This document shows, piece after piece, positions 7,394 through 15,182 of a stretch of DNA of 27,711 nt (positions within the stretch are counted from its first letter, which is position 1; each line of letters begins with the position of its first letter). Source of the DNA: an uncultured Verrucomicrobiota bacterium (GTDB lineage: Bacteria > Verrucomicrobiota > Verrucomicrobiia > Limisphaerales > UBA8199); contig CAZUVM010000142.1 of NCBI GenBank assembly GCA_964623885.1, positions 1 through 27,711 of the forward strand, in the 5' to 3' direction. The position numbers and the translations under genes were made by a program. Below the pieces are notes generated by a model. That model saw nothing but the letters and a program-made list of their open reading frames with translations, was not told the DNA's origin and did no database searches.

Positions 7394-10300
7394 CTATGGA
7401 CTGAGGGAAACTTTGAGGCGATAGAAACGGGCAGTGGAGAGTGGATCGAAGAGGGTGACGAGGTTGGTGCCGGTGATGTTGGCGGCGTACGTGGACCAGG
7501 CGTTGCCGAAGGTGTCGAGTTTCTCGACTGTATAGGTGCGCCCCGCGCGCGGAGTGAATTGGAGGATGCAGAAAGAGCCGCTGACCGTGACCGAGTCGAA
7601 GTCGAGGAAATCGAGCCGATTAGTGGGGCTGGTGCCGGCGAGGTATTCCTGCCAATTATTGAATCGATCGCTATCAGGATCACCCAGGGCGCCGTTCGCG
7701 CCGGTGCTATCGAGCGGGTCGAGGCCATTGGCGATTTCCCATTCGTCCGGCAATCCATCGTTGTCAGAGTCCGCGGTCACCGAGGCCGGGTTCAATGCTC
7801 CAGGGTTGGGAGGACCGGCGGTCCAGTTTATAGGATCATCGGCAAAGCCAATGGCGGCGACTCGTTGGAGGGAGTTGCCGGTCGCGTCGGCGTTGGCTGG
7901 CCAGGGTGGAAGAGGTGAATAGTGGACTTCCTCGAGCAGCACGTAAGGTACGAATCCTGCCACAGGCGAAGGCGGGATTTCGGGTTTGTCTGGTTCGAGC
8001 AATTGGACATGGTCGCCTTGGTTGCCAAGATGCCCCTGGTATGGGCCATAAATGGGAGTCGAGGGCGGGAGGCGGTAGCGGTTGGTGAACCAATTGAGGG
8101 AGACGGGATCACCGATGGGATCGAAGCTAACGACGAGGAGATAAGAATGGGGCGGCATGGTGACGCCCAGCGGGAAGGTAAACTGGATACCACCGTCAAG
8201 TCGCCAGGCGTTTGTCGTGTGGAGCGGGTCGTAAAGTGGCGCGGCCTGGCCGCTGAAGTTTCGCAACTCGATGTATTCATCCAAAGTGTCAGTGTCCAGG
8301 CCGAGCTTGGGCGGAGAGTACATGATTTCGTTCAGGATTACCGGACCGACCTTGGGGCCGGCATTGGGAGCGCCCAGTGAATTGGCCTTCTGCAGAACAA
8401 AATGTTCCTTACCGTCGCTTGTAACATAACGGCCGAACGTGACGCCGTTGTGTTGCGCGCCGAATTTAAAGCCGTGTGAATAGCCGGTCAGATTCGTGCC
8501 ATCGCCTGAATAGAGATAGACCTCTTCGCCGAGCGAGCTAAGCGCGAAGGCATTGGAGCCTGTATTGAATTGGGATTCGTCGAACAGCGCAAAGCCGCCG
8601 GCGGCGATAATGGTGTTGGTGGGGATGCGGTATTTAAGTGGTTGTTGGCGGTCGTCGGTGAGGAACCAACCGCCGATCGGGGCGGGATTGGCGGTGGGAT
8701 TGAAGAGTTCGATCGTGTCGGACTGGGGTGGATCGGTGTGAGTGAGGGCTTCGTTAATGAGGATGGCTGGAATGCTGCCAGGAACAGGGTCCGATCCGCC
8801 GGGCGAGCCGTTAATCGCGGTGCTGGGACGCCAGCCTGCAGGATTGGCCCAGGAAGAAAACGGAGCGAATTCATTACGAATGACAAGGGAGAAACCCGGG
8901 CCGTCAGTCGTGGGATAGGTACCGTCATTGTAGGCGAAATCGAGGATGGGTTCGCGCAGCGGGCCTTCGAGGTAAAGTCGTTCTCCGCTATTGTTGAGGC
9001 TGCCGTCGTATTGGCCTGCGACGTTGGTCACGGCGGGGTAACGGGCCTGGAATGCAGCGAGGTTTTTGACGAGGACGACGTATTGTCCGGGGCTGAGGCT
9101 AGTAATGGCGTTGGTGGCGGTGAATGTGAAGTCAATGCCTTTGGTGAAACGGAAGCCCGGGAGTAAAAGCGGTTGAGCGCCGACGTTTTTCAGTTCGATG
9201 AATTCAAAATCGCCAGCGGCGTTCGTCCCCGAAGCCGGCGGAGCAGGATGATACATGATTTCGGTGATGACGAGCGGCGGAGTGGAAACAACATAAGTGG
9301 CGGCGGCAAGACCCGACCACGGGCTGGAGAGAGGCGGGTTGCCGGGCCCAGTAAGATTCTGGTGCGACGGATTCCAGTTGCGCGCGCAAACCCGAGCGTT
9401 GCCGTTGAGTGTGAGTACGAAAGGAGCATTCGCTGCGAGCGCGAATGGGGAGATCGCGCCGCCTGCCAGTCGCGGATCGGAGCCATCCAGCGTATAATAG
9501 GTCGTGGTGCCGGGCTCAGCACGGGGCGCGGAAACCGTGAGGGCGAAGCCTTGAGTAATCACGCCGCCGGCAGAACTGAGAAGAGGCAGGGTGAGGAAAT
9601 TCGTGTCGATAAATTCGAGACGGTATGCGAGCCAGATTCTCATGAAGTCGATCTCGCCCTGGTAAGTGCCGGGGAAACTGTGGGTGAAGGAGGTGTCGGG
9701 CCAACCGCCTGGAACCGACCAAAAGCCTGAGCGTGGGGTGGTATCGGAAGCGCCGGAGCCGGCCCAACGGGTGGACTGGCGAGGTTGCGCTTCGGCTACC
9801 TGGTTGGTGAACATCTCGATAATGGCGAAGAGCGAGTCGGTAGAGAAGGCGTCCTGACGCAGTTGCTGCCAGCGATCAATCCATTTTTGCCAGAAATCAG
9901 GGTCGTAAAACAGGATTGAGTACCACGGGTTAGCGAAAACGCTGCCGGGGTTGAAATAATCGGTGCCGTAATCGGTGCTGGTTGGGGAACCAAGGGGATT
10001 GGAACTCATCCAGGTGCGCGGATTCCAAGGGCGCCAGTCACCGGCGCTGGTGCCCAGAGAACGGTCAAAGTCCCACAGCGGTCCCATCGCGATCCGTTTA
10101 TTGCGGTCTTTAAAGAAATAGGCGCTCAACCGAAGGGCATCGGCATTGAGTGAGAGGACTTCGAGGATGTGATGGTCGATCCACGAATCCACATCGATCC
10201 ATGCGGCATAGCCGGTGACCGGGTCAGCCCAGTTCGGGGAGAAGAGGGAGTTATAGAAATTATTGAAGTAGTCGCTGATATAAGCTTCCTGAAGCGCGCG

Positions 10301-12964
10301 GCCCGAATAGCTGTAATAGTCGGTCATTTTAGGTTCGACGTAAACCATGGACTGGTTGGCCGCATAAAGGGTGCGTTCATCCGGATTGGCGGAATCGTTT
10401 TTCAACATGTAACCGCCGGTGATGGCGGGGTAATTGGTTTCGTTGGGATCGAGCTTGGGGATGTCGACGCGGCCCGGGTCGGCTTTGATCTTTTCTTCGA
10501 GGACATAGGTGCCGTAATAATTGCCGATGGGTGCGGCGGTGTAATAGATAGGGCCACCGTTGTAATTAGTGAACAGCTCGACCATCCGAACGTTGGAGGA
10601 ATAGCGACCGATGCGTCGGCTGAGCTCATGCATGAACGGATTGTGGATGAGCGGTTTGTCGAAATAATCCGGAGCGTAGAAGACCCAATCCGATTCGGCC
10701 GGCAGGCCGAGGAGATCGACTTTGAGGGGTTCATTGAATTCGTCCCAGGTTTCGACCGCATAACTGCTCTGAGGATTATTCTGGGTGGAACGGCCGCGGA
10801 TGTTGAAGCCCATCCGGGCAACGAGATCGGGCGGGTTGGTGAGGCACGCGCGGCCAAATGCGGTGCCGAAGACCATCATGACGCCGACCTGGTCGGCGGT
10901 GGCCGGGGGTTTGCCGGCATTGAAATTGCAGAACAAAAAAAGGGGCGCAGAGGAGGAGAAAGCCGCGGCGCCGGGAGTGAGCTGGACATAGGTGGCGCTA
11001 GCAGGCGGGCCGGGCCAAAAATTGGGCAGCGTGGAAAACGCTCGCGCGCGGACTTGGATATTGGTGGTGATGGAAAGCGGCCCGGAATAAAGCGGGCAGG
11101 ACGCGTTCGGCACGTTAGTAAGCGCAGCGGAGGCGGCATTGGTCACTAGGAAATAGCGAATAACGGCATTGGAACCAGCCAGGCCTAGGGAGAGATTGAA
11201 CGATTGCTGAAATGTGCCACTCGCCCGCGAGAAGCTGACAGCGGGGGCGAAGTTGGCGCCAACGGTGGCATTGGCGGCGCCGGGTGTTGCGTTGGTGAAG
11301 TAGCCTATGATTGAAGGATCAACCCGGTCGCGGCCATACGAGACATCGTCGTATTGCTGGGGATAATTGGCGAAAGTCGAGATAACACTGACGCCGTTGG
11401 AATAGACCAGGCCAAGGAAGTTACCTGCAGCTTTATCGAGTTTGAAATTCGTGTGCAGCGGGGCGGCAGGGTTCGTGCGGTCATTGCCGGACGCCCAAAT
11501 CAACAAGTAGGATTTGCCGGGCATCGTCACTCCTCGCGGGATCTGCCATTTCGTCAGCCGGGTGGGATTGTCAGTAAGATACCACCGACCGATGTCGACG
11601 GCGGAATCGCCGGAATTGAAGAGTTCAAGCCAATCGGAGAAATGACCGTCATCGTCGGCAATCGTGTGGGTGTTGCCAGCCATGAATTCGTTGATACGGA
11701 CGTTGCTCGCGATGGCGGAAGGATCGAGTGTATAGGAGTAGCTGCCACCCGCGAAGCGATTCGAGTTGGCGGTGAGATCGGTAATGCGCTGGCTCGGACT
11801 CCAGGATACCGAAACGAGACCGACAGGTGGCTGGGGAAAGCTGAAAATATAGATATCGGAGCCGTAGGCGGTGACACCAGTGGCAGCGACTCCGGCGATC
11901 AGGAGGTCGGCGGCGCGGACACCCTGGACACCTTCGCTGAAGTCAACTTCGAGCTGGGTGAAGCTCGCCACGGTGCCGGGTTGAGGAAGAATTTGGGAAA
12001 CGACTGGCGCGTTGGTGTCTCGAAGCCGGGGATAGTAAGAAAGATCGAGAGTGAAGCCGAACGTGATATCAGAGCTGCCGGAATTGACCTGGTGTACCTC
12101 GGCGGCTACGACGTTGTCGCCTGCAGTGACGTTAGTGAGGGGAAGATTGAAATACTCGAGGGCAGGATCGTTTACCGTGCGGGTGGCCCATGCATTCCAG
12201 GCGGTATTCGTGACGCCCAGGCGGAAAGCTTCTTGGCCATTGAGATAGAAAGCGGCACCGTCATCGATGACGGTCGTGGCCTGCAGGACAGGATTAACGA
12301 ACTGCGCGATCGACGATGGGACATTGAAATGAGTCCGGAAATAGAAGGTGCAGGCATTGGTGCCGAAAGGCTTCATGTTGAGCACTGTGCCGATTGGCAA
12401 CCCGGCGACGGTGAGGCGATTGGTAGGGCTGCCGTTAAGCCATTTGGCGTCAAAAACCTCAAGACCTGAAAGCCAGCCGAGCTGGGTATCGTTGTAGCCG
12501 ACCTGCATCCAGGAAGTTCCGATATTGGTGCCGGTTTGGTTGTATGCCCACGTGCTGGCAAACGATAGCAGTTGGGTGACCTGCTGCGAGCCGGTGATGC
12601 CGAGGTCAACGGAGAGCACGGCGACCTGGCTGGTGGCGGCGCCGGAGGAGTTGGTAACGGTGGCGACGAAACCCGCGCCGGAGTCGTTGCTCAGAACGGT
12701 GGCGAGAGAATAGGCGCTGGAGGTGGCGCCCGAGAGCCGAGCGCCGTCGCGGTACCATTGAAAAGCCAGAGGAGCGGTACCGCTCGCGCCGACGGCAAAA
12801 GTGACGGAGCTGCCGTAGAAAATGGTCTGACTGGAAGGCTGATTTGTAATCGCCGGCGCGGCGGCCTGGAGCTGAAACGCGGAGGCCAGGAGCAGACCAT
12901 GCAGGAGCAGGGAGGCCGACCGGCGGACCCTGGCCACGGCACGGTTACGGCAAAGGCGCACCAT
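7394..12964 (-). CDS. Giant secreted CotH-family (atypical protein-kinase-like) protein, 1856 aa. Signal peptide, Ig-like domain, jelly-roll, CotH core, Fn3/CHB_HEX_C-like domain, four lamin-tail domains and a C-terminal TSP3-like + FYR module
   Basis: Ig-like PAITNQPSSQTIFYGSSVTF...FQWYRDG (about 12605-12856). CotH core (about 9965-10942) with NIRGRSTQ, VELFTNYNGGPIYYTAAPIGNYYGTYVLEEKIKADP and AMGPLWDFDRSLG. Lamin-tail signatures INEFMAGN...DWLELFNSGDSAVDIGRWYLTD (about 11345-11707), plus ITEIMYHP...FEFIELKN, ILINEALTH...TIELFNP and ILNEIMYSP...EYIELRNF (about 7865-9283). Confidence 0.88.
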   Translation of the reverse strand: MVRLCRNRAVARVRRSASLLLHGLLLASAFQLQAAAPAITNQPSSQTIFYGSSVTFAVGASGTAPLAFQWYRDGARLSGATSSAYSLATVLSNDSGAGFVATVTNSSGAATSQVAVLSVDLGITGSQQVTQLLSFASTWAYNQTGTNIGTSWMQVGYNDTQLGWLSGLEVFDAKWLNGSPTNRLTVAGLPIGTVLNMKPFGTNACTFYFRTHFNVPSSIAQFVNPVLQATTVIDDGAAFYLNGQEAFRLGVTNTAWNAWATRTVNDPALEYFNLPLTNVTAGDNVVAAEVHQVNSGSSDITFGFTLDLSYYPRLRDTNAPVVSQILPQPGTVASFTQLEVDFSEGVQGVRAADLLIAGVAATGVTAYGSDIYIFSFPQPPVGLVSVSWSPSQRITDLTANSNRFAGGSYSYTLDPSAIASNVRINEFMAGNTHTIADDDGHFSDWLELFNSGDSAVDIGRWYLTDNPTRLTKWQIPRGVTMPGKSYLLIWASGNDRTNPAAPLHTNFKLDKAAGNFLGLVYSNGVSVISTFANYPQQYDDVSYGRDRVDPSIIGYFTNATPGAANATVGANFAPAVSFSRASGTFQQSFNLSLGLAGSNAVIRYFLVTNAASAALTNVPNASCPLYSGPLSITTNIQVRARAFSTLPNFWPGPPASATYVQLTPGAAAFSSSAPLFLFCNFNAGKPPATADQVGVMMVFGTAFGRACLTNPPDLVARMGFNIRGRSTQNNPQSSYAVETWDEFNEPLKVDLLGLPAESDWVFYAPDYFDKPLIHNPFMHELSRRIGRYSSNVRMVELFTNYNGGPIYYTAAPIGNYYGTYVLEEKIKADPGRVDIPKLDPNETNYPAITGGYMLKNDSANPDERTLYAANQSMVYVEPKMTDYYSYSGRALQEAYISDYFNNFYNSLFSPNWADPVTGYAAWIDVDSWIDHHILEVLSLNADALRLSAYFFKDRNKRIAMGPLWDFDRSLGTSAGDWRPWNPRTWMSSNPLGSPTSTDYGTDYFNPGSVFANPWYSILFYDPDFWQKWIDRWQQLRQDAFSTDSLFAIIEMFTNQVAEAQPRQSTRWAGSGASDTTPRSGFWSVPGGWPDTSFTHSFPGTYQGEIDFMRIWLAYRLEFIDTNFLTLPLLSSAGGVITQGFALTVSAPRAEPGTTTYYTLDGSDPRLAGGAISPFALAANAPFVLTLNGNARVCARNWNPSHQNLTGPGNPPLSSPWSGLAAATYVVSTPPLVITEIMYHPAPPASGTNAAGDFEFIELKNVGAQPLLLPGFRFTKGIDFTFTATNAITSLSPGQYVVLVKNLAAFQARYPAVTNVAGQYDGSLNNSGERLYLEGPLREPILDFAYNDGTYPTTDGPGFSLVIRNEFAPFSSWANPAGWRPSTAINGSPGGSDPVPGSIPAILINEALTHTDPPQSDTIELFNPTANPAPIGGWFLTDDRQQPLKYRIPTNTIIAAGGFALFDESQFNTGSNAFALSSLGEEVYLYSGDGTNLTGYSHGFKFGAQHNGVTFGRYVTSDGKEHFVLQKANSLGAPNAGPKVGPVILNEIMYSPPKLGLDTDTLDEYIELRNFSGQAAPLYDPLHTTNAWRLDGGIQFTFPLGVTMPPHSYLLVVSFDPIGDPVSLNWFTNRYRLPPSTPIYGPYQGHLGNQGDHVQLLEPDKPEIPPSPVAGFVPYVLLEEVHYSPLPPWPANADATGNSLQRVAAIGFADDPINWTAGPPNPGALNPASVTADSDNDGLPDEWEIANGLDPLDSTGANGALGDPDSDRFNNWQEYLAGTSPTNRLDFLDFDSVTVSGSFCILQFTPRAGRTYTVEKLDTFGNAWSTYAANITGTNLVTLFDPLSTARFYRLKVSLSP
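7397..7771 (-). other. C-terminal 125-aa module of the CotH giant. TSP3-like acidic repeat (DSDNDGLPDEWE...DPDSDRFNNWQEYLAG) plus a beta-rich domain ending RFYRLKVSLSP
   Basis: Same architecture and signature residues as the C-terminus of the 2881-aa protein (17393..17986). Confidence 0.6.
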
Positions 12965-12993
12965 TACCCCCAGCGTAACAGAGCGAGGGAGAC

Positions 12994-13017
12994 TAGTCAG
13001 TAAAAATGTACTGACTA
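12994..13017. promoter_or_regulatory. Perfect 9-6-9 palindrome TAGTCAGTA-aaaatg-TACTGACTA inside a roughly 140-bp AT-rich island immediately upstream of the CotH giant gene. Operator-like site overlapping a candidate promoter
   Basis: Read directly from the sequence. It sits 30-55 nt upstream of the ATG at 12964. The surrounding sequence is far more AT-rich than the genome. Confidence 0.35.
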
Positions 13018-13103
13018 TACTTCAAAATTAGTACTTCTGATTAACTCAACAAACCTTGCTTATTAGGCGAGACACATCGCCAGGCAGCCGGGATTTAGAA
13101 CGA

Positions 13104-13574
13104 TTATCTGGCAACCGGGGCGCTGGTGCGGTCGAGTTCGAGCACGAGAGCTTTGAGAGAGAGTTGGATATCGCGGATGAAAGCAACGAGGGAGACAATC
13201 AGGCAGGCCATGCAGCCGATGAACAGGATCGCGAGCAGCGGCGCGGCTTCAAGATGGAGCATGGCAGAGATGAACAGAACGATAATCAGGATCGAGACCA
13301 GGAGCACGCTCCAAACGGCCATGATGATAGAGAGGCGAATAACGCGCGCGCGACGGTAGATGATGTCGACTTGAGCGGCGAGGCGGGCACGTTCGGCCTC
13401 GTTGGCTTCACGCACCGCACCGCCAAGCTGGCGGGAGCGATCGATGGCGCGACCGAAGCGGTTGGTGAGGGTTAGCAGGAGCAGGCCGACGCCGGATATC
13501 AGGATGACCGGGCCGATGGCGACCTGGAGAACCGGTATGAGTTGGCTGACCGGAGTGGACGGCATAGCGGCCAT
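13104..13574 (-). CDS. DUF2721-like two-TM membrane protein
   Basis: LLLLTLTNRFGRAIDRSRQL after the first TM, coiled region, then a second long TM. This pattern is typical of DUF2721. Start taken at MAAM (13574). The longer ORF (to 13784) is Pro-rich over a purine-rich spacer. Confidence 0.55.
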   Translation of the reverse strand: MAAMPSTPVSQLIPVLQVAIGPVILISGVGLLLLTLTNRFGRAIDRSRQLGGAVREANEAERARLAAQVDIIYRRARVIRLSIIMAVWSVLLVSILIIVLFISAMLHLEAAPLLAILFIGCMACLIVSLVAFIRDIQLSLKALVLELDRTSAPVAR

Positions 13575-13671
13575 AACGGTAGCGCGCTGCGCAACAGGCG
13601 CAATGGGAAAGGGGAAGGAAGCGGGGAAGGGATTGAATCCCGCCGGGGAAGGACCATAATAGGGCAGTGAC

Positions 13672-14436
13672 ATGAGTGAATTGGTTGACTTAAGGCGGAT
13701 ATTGAAGAGCTGGCCGTATGATGCGGAACACGACACGCGTTTGGCGCAGGGGGAGGATGGGCGGGAGATTCTACAGGTGCGCACGCCGCTGGGAGTAGAG
13801 CAATACGAGTTGGATGGGCGCCCGGACGGGGAACGGCCGCACGGTCAGGAATCGGCTCTGGCCTATCATCTGCAGCGCCTGGAAGTCGCGCGAGCAGCGG
13901 GAAAGGAATCGGATTTCGAGCTGGCGCCCAGGGAATGCACTGAACTGTTCCATGAAGGAACACTGTATTATTTCCGCTACGTGCGGTTGTTCCAACTGCA
14001 TGATTGGACGCGGACGCTGCGGGATACCGCCCGAAACCTTCAGGCATTCGATCTGGTCCACCAATATGCGCGCAGGGAAGAGGACCAACAGTACCTGGAG
14101 AAGTGGCGTCCCTATATATTGCGGGTAAACGCGAGCGCAGGGATCATGATGGAGCTGGAGAAGAAGAACTACGACCGGGCACTGCGGCTGGCGGATCAAG
14201 CGATTCGCACGATCGAGGCTTTGCCGGAGATGGACGAGGAATCATTCCAATTCGAACGGGAACGTTCGTTGACGGCATTGAAAGAGCTGGCGGACCAGGT
14301 CAGAAAGAACCGGCCATTATCCGAGTTGGAGCAATTGGAACATCAACTTCGGCGGGCAGTGGAGCGCCAGGAGTTCGAGCGGGCGGCGCAGTTGCGCGAC
14401 AGGATTCGGCTGCTGAGGCAGCAAAATATCTGTTAG
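13672..14436 (+). CDS. Hypothetical protein with C-terminal UVR (UvrB/UvrC-type) motif
   Basis: C-terminal EFERAAQLRDRIRLL matches the UVR helical hairpin. The rest has no recognised family. Divergent from the DUF2721 gene. Confidence 0.55.
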   Translation: MSELVDLRRILKSWPYDAEHDTRLAQGEDGREILQVRTPLGVEQYELDGRPDGERPHGQESALAYHLQRLEVARAAGKESDFELAPRECTELFHEGTLYYFRYVRLFQLHDWTRTLRDTARNLQAFDLVHQYARREEDQQYLEKWRPYILRVNASAGIMMELEKKNYDRALRLADQAIRTIEALPEMDEESFQFERERSLTALKELADQVRKNRPLSELEQLEHQLRRAVERQEFERAAQLRDRIRLLRQQNIC

Positions 14437-14445
14437 AGCCCGCTC

Positions 14446-15006
14446 TTAATTGGAGGACAGGTCCTCGGGCATTTGGGATAAGAGGCGGTACTCCCAACCT
14501 TTTTGGCGCAAGACTTTTTGCCAGAGATCGTCGGGTTTAGTGTCAAAGACGAGCTCGAGTGACGCCGGGTGGGTAATCCAGGCTTTGCGTTTCATTTCGT
14601 CTTCGAGCTGGCCGGGGCTCCAGCCGGCATAGCCCGCGAAAAGTTTAACGCGTTGGGTGGAAGAAAACGATTCGCCGACCTCGATCAGTGTATCCAGGGA
14701 ATGGCTCAGGCTGACGTTCGGGAGGACATTGGCATCGGGGATAAAAGAGTCGGTGAGCAGAAAGCTAAGGGCAGCTGGCTGGACGGGGCCGCCGACGTAC
14801 AGGGGACAGGTTTTGAGGACCTCCGGAAGGTCGGCGACGATCATCTCGCCGGCATTATTGCCCGTCTGGCGGTTCAAAATCAGGCCGAAAGCGCCTTCAG
14901 CATCGTGCTGGCAGATCAGGACGACGGTGCGTTGGAAAAAGGAGCCGCGCAATTGGCCGCTGTCTAAAAGCAGTTGGCCTTTGAGAAACTTTCCGTTCGC
15001 CGGCAT
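14446..15006 (-). CDS. YqgE/AlgH-family protein (UPF0301)
   Basis: VVLICQHDAEGAFGLILNR ... LFAGYAGWSPGQLEDE is the AlgH/YqgE signature. Start at MPANGKF. Confidence 0.75.
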   Translation of the reverse strand: MPANGKFLKGQLLLDSGQLRGSFFQRTVVLICQHDAEGAFGLILNRQTGNNAGEMIVADLPEVLKTCPLYVGGPVQPAALSFLLTDSFIPDANVLPNVSLSHSLDTLIEVGESFSSTQRVKLFAGYAGWSPGQLEDEMKRKAWITHPASLELVFDTKPDDLWQKVLRQKGWEYRLLSQMPEDLSSN

Positions 15007-15130
15007 AGCGCTTTCCTGGTGCAATCTGGATTAAATTTTTGGGCTGTCAAAGCCGAAGGGAGCAAGTTTTGGGAGGCTGATGACTACTGCACGTTAAACA
15101 ATCTTGTAATCTCACGGCCACTGCCTTTTG

Positions 15131-15172
15131 TCTCAAAAAGGAGCGTAGCGGCGGAACTCCCGCCGCTACGCT
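15131..15172 (-). terminator. Rho-independent terminator downstream of the flotillin-like gene. 13-bp GC-rich stem (AGCGTAGCGGCGG / CCGCCGCTACGCT), 5-nt loop, then CCTTTTTGAG on the minus strand
   Basis: Hairpin plus T5 tract read from the sequence, starting about 10 nt after the stop at 15183. Confidence 0.5.
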
Positions 15173-15182
15173 TTGCACTACA

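Noticed and set aside
8570-12469. Long plus-strand ORFs (8570..9166, 10169..11149, 11354..12469) antisense to the CotH giant
   Set aside because: Gly/Arg/Ala-rich translations typical of the non-coding strand of a high-GC gene. They lie entirely inside a well-supported 1856-aa gene. No domain signatures.
13575-13784. Long version of the DUF2721 ORF whose ATG would overlap the divergent UVR gene ATG in a CATG
   Set aside because: Pro-rich low-complexity translation of a purine-rich spacer. DUF2721 proteins have short N-termini. This would leave no promoter space.
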